A stretch of DNA of 64,000 nt from Candidatus Adlerbacteria bacterium (GCA_903851045.1 CAINNF010000015.1:96644-160643), one strand, 5' to 3'; shown: positions 44,683 through 54,389, numbered from the stretch's first letter. Notes: generated from the letters alone by a model not told the origin. Made by a program: numbers and translations.

Positions 44683-44799
44683 CATCCCGCCCACCAAGAG
44701 AACTGACCCACCGAGGTCTCGCTCTCTTGGTGGGCGGTTTTCTTATGTATATCGTCACCCATGCTGTGCGACTCTCGATAGGTGCTACAATGACATGAT

Positions 44800-45426
44800 A
44801 TGGCACTCTCACTCAGTATCGTCGTGTGCATTGTAGCCGCATGGTCGCTGTGGGGATACCTGTCCTCTCGCGTCGAACAGGCCGCATACACCGTGACCAC
44901 CAAGGCGAGCGGTTACGAGATCCGTCACTATCCGGCGCATCTCGTCGCGCAGACGACCGTGACGGCTCCATATCGACAGGCGCTCCAAGAAGGATTCCGC
45001 ATCGTCGCCGCATACATATTCGGTGCGAACACGAAAAAGGAACGTGTCTCGATGACCGCCCCAGTCACCGAACAAAAACGTGACGGACGGTCGATAGCCA
45101 TGACCGCCCCGGTCACCGCGAACATCGAGGGCGAGTCGCACACGATCGCCTTTGGCATGCCGCGTTCGTACACACTCGACACCCTCCCCACGCCGACCGA
45201 CCCACGCGTGACTCTGGTCGAAGTCCCCGCCCGAGACATGGCCGCGAAAAGATTCTCTCTGTGGCGAACCGATGCGCGCGTCCGATCCACAAAAGAAGTA
45301 CTCCTTTCCGCACTGTCCCATGACAAGATTAAGGTCCTTGGAGAACCATACTATGCGGGATATAACGCCCCCTGGACCCCACCCTGGATGATGCGCAACG
45401 AGGTGCTGGTCGAGGTCGAAGCGTAG
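44800..45426 (+). CDS. SOUL/HBP heme-binding family protein, membrane-anchored
   Basis: YEIRHYPAHLVAQTTV is a SOUL family signature. N-terminal TM helix. Confidence 0.7.
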   Translation: MALSLSIVVCIVAAWSLWGYLSSRVEQAAYTVTTKASGYEIRHYPAHLVAQTTVTAPYRQALQEGFRIVAAYIFGANTKKERVSMTAPVTEQKRDGRSIAMTAPVTANIEGESHTIAFGMPRSYTLDTLPTPTDPRVTLVEVPARDMAAKRFSLWRTDARVRSTKEVLLSALSHDKIKVLGEPYYAGYNAPWTPPWMMRNEVLVEVEA

Positions 45427-45492
45427 CCTCCCCTGGCATCCGAGTCGCTGGTGGTATATATTCGCAGATAGGTGTTCATGGAGGATAGGACG

Positions 45493-45873
45493 ATGCTCCT
45501 TATAGAGCCGACGTTCCCACCCGAGGTGCAGGCACGATTGGATGAACTCGAAGGACTGCTAGCAATCGAACCGCTCCTCGCTTTTTTGGATGCGCTCCGA
45601 GACGAGGTGCAGACGATGCCGATGCCTCGGCGCTTCAGCCAGACTCGTGTACCGACGAATGAAGTCTGTTACATGGGAGGCACCCTCAACCCCACACTAC
45701 AGGGATGCACTGAAGCCGAACACAAGCGCGGCCAGCTAACTATCGACATAACCTCGGTGATGTCGAGACTCCTGAGCGTCGCTACCGACGTGAGGAATGT
45801 CCTCCAAGACGTAGAGGTGACGAAGCTGAGCGATGATCCGACTGCGGTCGTGTCTGCACACCAAACATCGTAG
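45493..45873 (+). CDS. hypothetical protein (126 aa)
   Basis: GGAGGA sits 7 nt upstream. A terminator lies at 45887-45915. Confidence 0.5.
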   Translation: MLLIEPTFPPEVQARLDELEGLLAIEPLLAFLDALRDEVQTMPMPRRFSQTRVPTNEVCYMGGTLNPTLQGCTEAEHKRGQLTIDITSVMSRLLSVATDVRNVLQDVEVTKLSDDPTAVVSAHQTS

Positions 45874-46022
45874 TGTAACGATACCACTGAGTCAGCGAGC
45901 CTCCCCACGGAGGCTCTTTTTATATGTACCTCCAGCAAAAGCTAGGAGGTATGACATATGAAAAAGGCCGCCCCACGAGAGGGCGGCCGAAGGAAGACAA
46001 GGAATGTTTCTGCAAATGTCGC

Positions 46023-46862
46023 TCAGCGACAAGTGAGCCACAATGGCGCATGGTCCGACGCCAGCGTTGCGGTGCCGACCGCGAGACCGTACACACACAT
46101 CTCACGCGAGACGAACACATAGTCGGCATGTCTCTGTTCGTCCAGGTAGAACTTCCGATACCGGGGCGTACGCGTACAGTCGATCTCATCCTCGCGGATG
46201 AGATTGCGCAGAGGGCCGCAATACTGCGACCCCCGCTCCAAGATCGTGATCGCATCCGTATCCAGTGCGAGATTGAGGTCCCCACCAAAGATGATTCGTC
46301 TGGTGGAATACTGTCGTGCTACCTCGTCGAGATACCGCAAGACCTGACGCGACTGTTCGTCCCGACGAGGATCGTCACCCTTCGTATTCTCGGGGATCCA
46401 AATCCCGTGCAAATGAGCGACGACGTAGGTGTGTCCATCCATGCGCACGACCACATACTGCAACATTCGTTCGCGGACACCCGGCGTGTCCTGCAAAATG
46501 GGGACACTCGCATGCTCGAGAACCTCGAGACCGTGCCTTTCCAAAAGCGCGCTGCCAAACCCGATGCCGTGATAGTCCTTACCCGTACGCCTGCACTGCC
46601 AAGTATTGTAGGCCGGTGTCGCATACTCGATGTTATAGCTCGGACTAAACTCCCGCTGCAGTTCCCCCAGACCATCGATGTAGCTCGGCGGCTCGTCGGG
46701 ATTCGTACTCGTGTGGACGCGCGGCACGGGGCTATAAGGATGCCCCATGCTCGTGACCTCGGTCAGACAACAGAGATCGTACGGACGCCTGCGCAGATAG
46801 TCGCGAATACCGCTGGGGTCGCGATGACCCCAGATATTCCAGAACAGCACCGATAGTGTCAT
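46023..46862 (-). CDS. endonuclease/exonuclease/phosphatase (EEP) family protein
   Basis: LFWNIWG N-terminus. C-terminal GGDLNL and SDHAPL motifs. Confidence 0.75.
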   Translation of the reverse strand: MTLSVLFWNIWGHRDPSGIRDYLRRRPYDLCCLTEVTSMGHPYSPVPRVHTSTNPDEPPSYIDGLGELQREFSPSYNIEYATPAYNTWQCRRTGKDYHGIGFGSALLERHGLEVLEHASVPILQDTPGVRERMLQYVVVRMDGHTYVVAHLHGIWIPENTKGDDPRRDEQSRQVLRYLDEVARQYSTRRIIFGGDLNLALDTDAITILERGSQYCGPLRNLIREDEIDCTRTPRYRKFYLDEQRHADYVFVSREMCVYGLAVGTATLASDHAPLWLTCR

Positions 46863-46974
46863 CTTCTATCTCCAAAGATCCTACAATTAGATTAACACAC
46901 AATTATTTTTATGCAAGGTTTGCGCAGGTGCGGGGTTGGAACTTGTCGTGTGACTCCCGTATACTAACGAGTAC

Positions 46975-47508
46975 ATGACCACACCCTTTCTTATCCTTGT
47001 CGACGGGCCGATGGGTTCGGGCAAGACGACCACGACGAAACTGCTGAGCGAGAAGCTGCCCGACGCGGCACGAGTCGCGTTGCCGGATATAAAAAGACTC
47101 GTCCCCAACTACCGGGAGAACGAGCAGACGCTCACAGTGATCCGGGAAGTGATGCGTGTGATGATCGACACTTATCTTAAGTTCGGGGTGAGCGTCATCG
47201 TCGAGCAGATAACGCGAGCCGAAGGCGTTGCTTTGCTTCGAAAAATCGCCGAGCAACACGGTGCTACGTTCTCTGCCTACCGACTCACGGCGCCGAAAGC
47301 CGTTCGACTGAAACGGGTCCACGAGCGGACGCGAGAGATGCTGGGCGTGCCAGCACTCCCCCAGTCAAAGATCGACGAGCTATCCAACTACTTCGAACCG
47401 AACGACGCATTCTATACCAACAATCCCGTTGACGCCGCTGAAACGATCGATACGCAAGACATGACCGCGGAGCAGGTCGCGGAAGTTATTCTAAGCAAGC
47501 TATCGTAA
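46975..47508 (+). CDS. P-loop NTPase, nucleotide/small-molecule kinase-like (AAA_33/zeta-toxin-like fold)
   Basis: Walker A GPMGSGKTT at the N-terminus. Confidence 0.65.
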   Translation: MTTPFLILVDGPMGSGKTTTTKLLSEKLPDAARVALPDIKRLVPNYRENEQTLTVIREVMRVMIDTYLKFGVSVIVEQITRAEGVALLRKIAEQHGATFSAYRLTAPKAVRLKRVHERTREMLGVPALPQSKIDELSNYFEPNDAFYTNNPVDAAETIDTQDMTAEQVAEVILSKLS

Positions 47509-47607
47509 GGATCGTCGACAACCTTGATTGCTGTCTCCATCCTTTTTGACATCAGGCACTATTTAGTTCATAGTGTCTGCTGGTGACCCGCCGGGTCGGC
47601 ACACCAT

Positions 47608-48009
47608 TTGGGAGGACATGACGATGCCTCGTCGATCGATCTACGAGAGAGAGATCATGCACACATAGCCGCGCGAAGATTACGAGACCCTGCAAAACCG
47701 CACAACGATGCGGTCGAAGCGATTCGTGCAGCGTTGGCCGAGGACGTCGCCGCATGGAACGAGCGCAACAGCAAGACGGTCGGCGGTACGCTTGAACTGG
47801 TCGTCGAGCAGAGTCGCAAGACGTTGATACATACCCTGATCATCCAAGGCAACCTGCTGGGAATAGCCTTTACCCTTGCCAGGATCACACCCAGTGACGA
47901 CGGCACGATGATGATCAGATTCAAATTCGCCGAAGATCGTCCCGAGCCGACGTCGATTGAGCACATGAGGCGGACTATCCAAAGATTCGATCCAGGCGCT
48001 CGGACCTAA
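47608..48009 (+). CDS. hypothetical protein
   Basis: ORF with a terminator (ACACTCGCGCGGTA-tcg-TACCGCGCGAGTGT + TTTTAT) at 48015-48050. Confidence 0.4.
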   Translation: MGGHDDASSIDLRERDHAHIAARRLRDPAKPHNDAVEAIRAALAEDVAAWNERNSKTVGGTLELVVEQSRKTLIHTLIIQGNLLGIAFTLARITPSDDGTMMIRFKFAEDRPEPTSIEHMRRTIQRFDPGART

Positions 48010-48094
48010 CCTTCACACTCGCGCGGTATCGTACCGCGCGAGTGTTTTATGTTCGCATCTGACATGCTGGTTCAAAGCGGGAACATATGTCGAC

Positions 48095-48349
48095 CTATCC
48101 CCGATGCGTGCAGCCAGCCCAGCAGCACGGTCGGCGCATCCCGCCAGCAAGCTTGGAGAGCGCCTTTTGTATCCGAATATCCCTCGTTTCTGCTTTTTTG
48201 CCAGAGGTCACCCAACAGATCCACTCATTGCGCGCAAGTGGCGTGATGTCCTGCCACAGCGCCCGCGCCGCAGGCGTCGAGAGGAGCGCCTTTCGCAAGT
48301 CTGCTGGCAACGCATGCACCACACCTCCCGCCATTCCCTCGTTGGTCAT
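48095..48349 (-). CDS. YdeI/OmpD-associated family protein
   Basis: LPADLRKALLSTPAARALWQDITPLARNEWICWVTSGKKAETRDIRIQKALSKLAGG and C-terminal CCWAGCTHR. Confidence 0.6.
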   Translation of the reverse strand: MTNEGMAGGVVHALPADLRKALLSTPAARALWQDITPLARNEWICWVTSGKKAETRDIRIQKALSKLAGGMRRPCCWAGCTHRG

Positions 48350-48510
48350 ACAGTCTATGGTACCAGACACCACGCACACCATCGATCACTATTATTTTAC
48401 TAGTCTGTCGTAGCCGCAGGCTGACGATCTTGCTTGATGCTGGAACCATCGCACAACCTATGGTAGGTTCTATGCGGACGTGCCGAAAGCAACAAACCGA
48501 GGAGGCCTAC

Positions 48511-49065
48511 ATGGCTCACATAACCTTCGACGAAACCGCGAGCAAGTCTCGACTGCCCACCTGGCGTGTAGCCTGCGAGAGATACCCCGGCCAAGTGACT
48601 CTGGAAGGAACGCCCTATCTAGGCATCTTCGAGTCCTGGCTCAAAGGTGTCGCTCAGCCGCTCGACGGCTTCACCCCCACATCTCCCCCAACATGGGAAG
48701 AGTTCGCAACTGCGAAGCACTACCGCACGAACAAAGGGGTGGTATCGGTAATAGGTTTTACCATTGATCTCTTCGATAATCTCATCACCGACGCGGAAGA
48801 ACTTCGCCGGATATACGAGGAGCGATGCCGCGCAACTCGGGTCGTCGAAGTGACCCAAGGCAACCGATCCGTCGCATGGCATCTTGCCGTCGACGATTCG
48901 CCTGATGCGCATGTCTGGTTCTCCCGGTTCTGGCATCCACAGGAAGTCGTGGAAGACGAAACGTCGGTCAAGATCTCGTTCCAACCTTCACTGCTCGCCC
49001 AGCTGCGACACTGGTTCTCGCTCAAACCCTGGTCGATCACGATCTACGCGCCGCAACTGGCATAA
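48511..49065 (+). CDS. hypothetical protein
   Basis: GAGGAGG sits 5 nt upstream of the ATG at 48511. Confidence 0.5.
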   Translation: MAHITFDETASKSRLPTWRVACERYPGQVTLEGTPYLGIFESWLKGVAQPLDGFTPTSPPTWEEFATAKHYRTNKGVVSVIGFTIDLFDNLITDAEELRRIYEERCRATRVVEVTQGNRSVAWHLAVDDSPDAHVWFSRFWHPQEVVEDETSVKISFQPSLLAQLRHWFSLKPWSITIYAPQLA

Positions 49066-49126
49066 CGCTCCGCGGATACGTCACACGACGTATCCGCTTT
49101 TCATATGGTCGAACCAATAACTGCGT

Positions 49127-49291
49127 TTATTTCAGGAACCGCACAGCGAAGGCGGCGCACACGAGCACGATGCCGATATTGGCGAGCAGTCGCTCCCAGA
49201 ATCGATCCCTAAAAAAGAGTATGTCGACCGCGACGATGAGCGCTATCATCCCCGCCACGCACGCCGCGACCACTATTCTAGATGTTCCCAT
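49127..49291 (-). CDS. possible 54-aa hydrophobic peptide
   Basis: Minus-strand ORF MGTSRIVVAACVAGMIALIVAVDILFFRDRFWERLLANIGIVLVCAAFAVRFLK, 14 nt downstream of the 49306 gene. Below the track cutoff. Confidence 0.3.
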   Translation of the reverse strand: MGTSRIVVAACVAGMIALIVAVDILFFRDRFWERLLANIGIVLVCAAFAVRFLK

Positions 49292-49305
49292 GCCTCTATT
49301 CTACG

Positions 49306-49758
49306 CTACAGAGGGATCTGTTCTATGGAGCCGTGCAATATCGTGGGCTGCATACCGAGAATCTCTTCCTTGAAGGGTGACTGCGCGGGCAAGTCGTTTA
49401 GAATATAGATCTTTTTCCCAGTAGCGAATGCATACCCCATCTCTAGGAAGCCGTTCGCGCCGATGTAGTTGGGCTGGCCTTTCTTCTCCCAGTTCGTGAT
49501 GAGCACCGCGTCGCTCGCGTCGATCTTTGCAAAATGTGTTAGGATCGCGCTCCCCTTCTTCTTCCATACGTCATGTTCGGGCGGGAAGGCATCGGCGCCT
49601 CCCTGCTGACCCACGAACTTCCCGACCGAAACACCATCTCCCGCGACCTCCAACTCAAGTGTCGGGGCAAGGACGGTATGACCCATCACCTCTAACGTCT
49701 GTTGCAGTTCGAGAAACTCAGTATAAAAAGCCATCGACGAGCAGATGCAGATCTTCAT
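49306..49758 (-). CDS. nucleoside 2-deoxyribosyltransferase-like (Rossmann-like) protein
   Basis: N-terminus MKICICSSMAF (like MKIYLAGP...) and C-terminal ANGFLEMGYAFATGKKIYIL, a pattern resembling NDT. Confidence 0.5.
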   Translation of the reverse strand: MKICICSSMAFYTEFLELQQTLEVMGHTVLAPTLELEVAGDGVSVGKFVGQQGGADAFPPEHDVWKKKGSAILTHFAKIDASDAVLITNWEKKGQPNYIGANGFLEMGYAFATGKKIYILNDLPAQSPFKEEILGMQPTILHGSIEQIPL

Positions 49759-49808
49759 GGGAGCCAGTATACCAGCAAAAAGCGTAGTGCTACGATCATA
49801 CTTCCACG

Positions 49809-50069
49809 TTACCAGATCCCCGGGCCATCTCCATCGAGATACCACAAGCCGTCGATCAATACTATTTTGATGGTCTGCCCATTCGCAACAACGCAGTCGC
49901 CGTACGTATCCGTCTTGTCTACCAGCCGCACACACCCACGAAACGCGTAATACCGCTCGAAGGTCGTGTGCGCGAGGTGTGTGGTATAGACCTGGTACAC
50001 CAACACCACTCCCGCAACCAGCAACAAGAGACCAACTTCCCACAAAGTTTTGTGTTTGTGTATTACCAT
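49809..50069 (-). CDS. small membrane-anchored protein (86 aa)
   Basis: ATG at 50067-50069. TM helix LWEVGLLLLVAGVVLVY. Confidence 0.4.
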   Translation of the reverse strand: MVIHKHKTLWEVGLLLLVAGVVLVYQVYTTHLAHTTFERYYAFRGCVRLVDKTDTYGDCVVANGQTIKIVLIDGLWYLDGDGPGIW

Positions 50070-50600
50070 ACATTCTATAGAACTGCGCTGAGGCACATAA
50101 GTCACCCTTGAGTATCTCTTTCCATATCCCACCCTCACACATCGCACTACTTTTATAACACCAAAGAGTTGGCTAGTGGACGCAAGATAATCTTTCGAAA
50201 ACAGTACCAATATGCAGACAAAGTACGAAAAACGAACCTCCATGTGGGAACTGTGGGGATCAAAGATAAAGAGAATTCACGCAGATACGTAGAAGCCAAA
50301 GACACCTTTATGACCCACTACACCCAACACGTGTCCCGCGACCACTAAGGAATATGTAGAAAAAGAAATGCCGCTTAGAATATAAGCGGCAAGGGTGGTT
50401 TGAGCTTGTCCAGTATTTTCCCCGAGGCACCACCAGGGAATTGTTGAACGATCACCGCCAGCAGTGGCCACCCAAGAAGGGTCGCGTCATTGTCCAAAAA
50501 CTACTCTTGGACCCCACGCCCACCTGACGTTCAGAGCTTAAGCCCGTATGATTGCCCAAACCATCCATATCTAATCACACTCCAACAAAAACACAAACAT

Positions 50601-50630
50601 GGAAATTGGGGAGGCGTCCAATTGATTACG
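50601..50630. repeat. partial tandem copy of MITE left end (GGAAATTGGGGAGGCGTCCAATTGATTACG)
   Basis: Exact duplicate of the first 30 bp of the adjacent element. Confidence 0.8.
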
Positions 50631-50640
50631 TGGAAATTGA

Positions 50641-50778
50641 AATTGGGGAGGCGTCCAATTGATTACGATTTACTGTGGTCTAATGGTAATCTCCATCCGC
50701 TATGTTAATCAATGTAGCATAGCAGGAACCAATTACCACACCACACGATTTTCAAATTAAACGGACGCCTCCCCATTA
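50641..50778. mobile_element. MITE-like 138-bp element, copy 1, with 12-bp terminal inverted repeats GGGGAGGCGTCC...GGACGCCTCCCC
   Basis: About 140 bp identical to copy 2 at 53614-53753. No coding capacity. Intergenic. Confidence 0.75.
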
Positions 50779-50860
50779 TTCCATTATTCAGGAAAGGAAA
50801 GAAAGGAAAAGGCCACGGTTACTTGATTAACCGTGGCCCAGTATCGCCGGAGCGTGTCGG

Positions 50861-51943
50861 CTAGCGCTCGAACGCTCTTCCCGCTATCCGCTTGTAGAGC
50901 GCGGCAGTGTTGCCGCGCTCACCCTCGAAGTGTGAGGTACGGATGATCCCCGCAAGAATCTCAAGGCGCCAATCATACCTGGCGGTCCCCGGGTCGGTTA
51001 CCGAGGTCAGGATAATGATGCCTTTCGGGCCATAGAACTCCTGGAAGATGATACCGAGGGTTCGTCTCCAATATTCAGGCGCTTGCGCGTCGAACAGTAT
51101 CTTAGCGAGGCTGGGATCTTTGCCGAGCGCCTCCAGCACATCCTCTTGCATCTGCTGGAGGAGTGGGGAGACGAGGTCGATGTCGCGATGGTCGTTGTAG
51201 ACCCTGTTGACACCACGCAGGTCGGACCTCATCCACACGTCCGTGAGCACCCCACTCACGAACCCATGACGAAACCGAGGACCATGCATCGTACCGAATC
51301 CATGCAGCCAATGACCGTAGTAGTAATCGTGGCTGATGTACCGACCCGAACGAGCATCTTCGACGTGGGCCAAAGTCCAGGCGGTCACAAGTGTCTGAAA
51401 CGCAGACGCCAGGTCGGCAACTTTCTCGAAGAAGGAATTCGAAGGGTTGCCCGCGTAGGCGTCGTCTGGGCCTTCATATCGAAGGTACAGGGTCTCGTTA
51501 TCGTGACTGAATCCAGCTTCGGCTTTCGCCCATTCGGGAGAACCCTGCTCAACCTCAGCGATCGAGAAGAAGCCACCAAAGCCAGCGTCGCGTCGAGGGA
51601 AGATGGTGGTGAAATAGTACACCGTGCGGTCTCCCGCATGCACCTTGACCTCGTCGACCTCGATCACACTCTTTTGGATCACCGTGTCGGCGAGATGGAG
51701 TCTCAGTAGACGGTCTCCCTCCCTCAGCTCATGCAGATTCACCCACCTCAACCTCACACCGAACATGCCGTCGGTGATCCCGAGTTGACCTATGTCGGCC
51801 TTGATCCGTTCCAGATCCTCGCGTCGAGGTCTCCGTTTGCCGGGAACCAAAATTCGAGAGGACTGTCCATAGAGATACGGCGCGATGTCGACGAGATCGT
51901 CCTCGCTTCGGACTTGAATAAGCGGTTTACCCATTTTCGCCAC
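50861..51943 (-). CDS. hypothetical protein (360 aa), no recognised domain
   Basis: Long ORF with good coding statistics. Last gene of the MITE-bracketed cassette. Confidence 0.55.
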   Translation of the reverse strand: MAKMGKPLIQVRSEDDLVDIAPYLYGQSSRILVPGKRRPRREDLERIKADIGQLGITDGMFGVRLRWVNLHELREGDRLLRLHLADTVIQKSVIEVDEVKVHAGDRTVYYFTTIFPRRDAGFGGFFSIAEVEQGSPEWAKAEAGFSHDNETLYLRYEGPDDAYAGNPSNSFFEKVADLASAFQTLVTAWTLAHVEDARSGRYISHDYYYGHWLHGFGTMHGPRFRHGFVSGVLTDVWMRSDLRGVNRVYNDHRDIDLVSPLLQQMQEDVLEALGKDPSLAKILFDAQAPEYWRRTLGIIFQEFYGPKGIIILTSVTDPGTARYDWRLEILAGIIRTSHFEGERGNTAALYKRIAGRAFER

Positions 51944-52047
51944 CTCCTTAGTGCAGCGTTTTTAAGGGCGATAGTACCCAAAAACATAATATCACACTCT
52001 AAATACATATGTCAACAGGTTGTCGGGGAACATAATTTCCAGATCAA

Positions 52048-52716
52048 CTAGACGGCTCCGTAAGCTTCCGATGAAAGCGCCCCGAGATAGTCCCACAGTT
52101 TGGTGATACTTTTTTCTCTCGTCCAAAAGTTCAGGATCTTCTCACGAATGTCCTGATGCTGCGGATAGCCTTCGTCGTATGCTCCCTCGGGCATCAGATC
52201 TTTACACTCCACATTAAGCAGGACGGTGAGCGACTCTTTGAGATCATTATACTTGAGCGCTCCCAGTCGCTGCTCTTCGTCTGGGCCCAGACCATACCAT
52301 GTGTAGAAATGCCACAGCTCATGCATCGCTATCTTGCGTGGATAGAACACCGGCACCGTAACGAAGAAAAAATCGTTCTTGATGTTGTATGGGCGGCGGT
52401 TGTTGACCGTGAGATACGCATGTATGTCACGAGGAAGAGATACGCCAAAAAGAGCCTCCGCCCGTTGTTGGTACTCCCCCGCAACCGTGTCCCAGTCCTG
52501 TTGGTACTTGCGTATGTGTTCCTGAACATCGATACCCTTTTCGGCGATATACGCACGAACGAAACCCTCGACCATCTCGAGTGTCGGATCCTCGCCGCAG
52601 CGTGCCACCAACTGCTCATACACCCGAGTCGGCACCGAGGAGTTGTTCGAACTCTTCCCCTTGTTCAGGAGACACCACACATCCTTTCCTTCATCGTATG
52701 CAAAAATGACTTTCAT
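52048..52716 (-). CDS. hypothetical protein with HExxH motif (putative metallopeptidase-like)
   Basis: ATG at 52714-52716 with AGGAAA SD. IAMHELWHFYTWYG contains HExxH. Confidence 0.5.
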   Translation of the reverse strand: MKVIFAYDEGKDVWCLLNKGKSSNNSSVPTRVYEQLVARCGEDPTLEMVEGFVRAYIAEKGIDVQEHIRKYQQDWDTVAGEYQQRAEALFGVSLPRDIHAYLTVNNRRPYNIKNDFFFVTVPVFYPRKIAMHELWHFYTWYGLGPDEEQRLGALKYNDLKESLTVLLNVECKDLMPEGAYDEGYPQHQDIREKILNFWTREKSITKLWDYLGALSSEAYGAV

Positions 52717-52802
52717 GTTTTTTCCTAACAATATCTGGCAACATCAGAAATGAAGGAACCTATAGCCTACTGGGACTTTGGCACAAAGATCTCATGTAGA
52801 CC

Positions 52803-53381
52803 TTAGGATGTCCTTGCCAACGTTTTCAGCTCTGTGACCAACGGCCGCTCGTCTCCTTCAAAACTCGTTACCATCGCCTGCAAAAAACGCTCGGGGTCGA
52901 GTCGGTCGAGATTAAGCGGATGGCCAGCATGGTCGGCAAGGAGCAAGAGAAAGGATGTCTGCACACGGCCATTACCCTCACGAAATGGGTGGATCGCGTT
53001 AAGTGTCGCAAGAAAATGGGCAGCACGCTCCGCAAACACGTCGGTAGAAAGTCCGCAGAGATAGTCCTGACGCTTCAGTTCATTGAACAGTGTTTGCATC
53101 TCTTGGTCGATATGCTCTGGGTAGCAAAATGCGCTACCACCCTTGCCGATACGCACCGTGCGAAATTCTCCCGCCCACGAATACACATCCTGAAAGAGGT
53201 GGTGGTGAATGGCACAATAGTGAGTGACATCAAGCAGCCCGAGCGGAAGCGGTTCGTCAGAGCGCTGAGTGGTCATAGCCGCCTCAAACTCATCGAGCAA
53301 GTTTTGCTCTCTGCTATCGAGCAGATTCTTAAGAACTGTCGTCCCTTCGTAGCAATAGATATCTTGTACTGCGTCGTACAT
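52803..53381 (-). CDS. fic: Fic/Fido-domain protein (AMPylator family)
   Basis: Canonical Fic motif HPFREGNGRVQTSFL. Confidence 0.85.
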   Translation of the reverse strand: MYDAVQDIYCYEGTTVLKNLLDSREQNLLDEFEAAMTTQRSDEPLPLGLLDVTHYCAIHHHLFQDVYSWAGEFRTVRIGKGGSAFCYPEHIDQEMQTLFNELKRQDYLCGLSTDVFAERAAHFLATLNAIHPFREGNGRVQTSFLLLLADHAGHPLNLDRLDPERFLQAMVTSFEGDERPLVTELKTLARTS

Positions 53382-53390
53382 GGTCTGGAG

Positions 53391-53591
53391 TTACCGAGCG
53401 TACTTCTTGGAGATAGCTTGGCGTCTGTCTGCGTGAGAGAGATTCTTCTCCTCGAACACTTGAAAGTCCTTGCGCATCCCCGGAGTCAAACTGATACCCT
53501 CCACAGCGCTAATTTTAGCGAAGACCTTGCGACCAATAGTATAACTTTTGGGTATGTTTTTCACATTCATATTGTACCACACATCACCCAT
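53391..53591 (-). CDS. small protein upstream of fic (candidate Fic antitoxin/inhibitor)
   Basis: 66-aa ORF with its stop 7 nt before the fic start. Contains ISAVEG, which resembles the [ST]xxxE[GN] inhibitory motif but is not an exact match to it. Confidence 0.45.
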   Translation of the reverse strand: MGDVWYNMNVKNIPKSYTIGRKVFAKISAVEGISLTPGMRKDFQVFEEKNLSHADRRQAISKKYAR

Positions 53592-53613
53592 TCTCCAAAT
53601 TTAGGAAAATTGG

Positions 53614-53753
53614 GAAATTGGGGAGGCGTCCAATTGATTACGATTTACTGTGGTCTAATGGTAATCTCCATCCGCTATGTTAATCAATGTAGCATAGCAG
53701 GAACCAATTACCACACCACACGATTTTCAAATTAAACGGACGCCTCCCCATTA
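53614..53753. mobile_element. MITE-like 138-bp element, copy 2
   Basis: Identical to copy 1. TIRs at 53620-53631 and 53738-53749. Followed by CATTACC(C) tandem units. Confidence 0.75.
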
Positions 53754-53786
53754 CCCATTACCCATTACTGGACACCTCCCCGTTAC

Positions 53787-54389
53787 CTAGAGTCCTTGGA
53801 CATAGGGCGCTAAGGGATAGTACTCAAAGAGCGACTTACCTGATGCATCCTTACAGGATGCGATTTTGGCTGTGATTTGTGCGCGTTGTTGCGCAGAGTC
53901 AGCGTTCTTTACACGAACGATCTCCTTTTGATCTTCACTCGCCATGGCGAGTTTCCCTAGGTCATTACCATCGACCGAGTATTGGTCGACATAATCTTCC
54001 ATATCCATCATTAGAAATGTCTTATCGGTACATACGAAATGCGTCCTGTAGATGGACGGGTTCATGTCGACATACGCCCCTTTCACCAAGGAATTGAAAA
54101 TGCCCGTTGGGGCCAAGATTACCACAAGCACTAAGACGAGCAGTACCAGCAGAGTCAACACATACTGCTTGCGTATATACAGCACCCAACTCAACAAGAA
54201 AAGGATCGCTGGATATATAGCAAAAAATTGGCCCCAAGCGATGAGGCCTGCATACATGTCCCCTGGCGTGTCGTGCTGCATACCGAGCACAAGCAGTAGA
54301 GGCTCCAAGCCAATACCGACGACCCCCAAAAGGATAAGGAGTATCTTTGCAATCTTCCTATAATCCATACTAACCAGTATAACGTACAA
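53787..54389 (-). CDS. polytopic membrane protein (hypothetical)
   Basis: N-terminal half has 4 TM helices. Confidence 0.5.
   Translation of the reverse strand: MYVILVSMDYRKIAKILLILLGVVGIGLEPLLLVLGMQHDTPGDMYAGLIAWGQFFAIYPAILFLLSWVLYIRKQYVLTLLVLLVLVLVVILAPTGIFNSLVKGAYVDMNPSIYRTHFVCTDKTFLMMDMEDYVDQYSVDGNDLGKLAMASEDQKEIVRVKNADSAQQRAQITAKIASCKDASGKSLFEYYPLAPYVQGL

Noticed and set aside
50597-50670. CRISPR-like array from repeated GGAAATTGGGGAGGCGTCCAATTGATTACG units
   Set aside because: Only two tandem units with a 10-nt spacer. The second is simply the left end of the 138-bp MITE. No spacers and no cas genes.
53391-53591. Canonical Fic antitoxin assignment for the small upstream ORF
   Set aside because: ISAVEG has two rather than three residues between Ser and Glu, so it does not strictly match [ST]xxxE[GN]. 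Kept as a candidate only.
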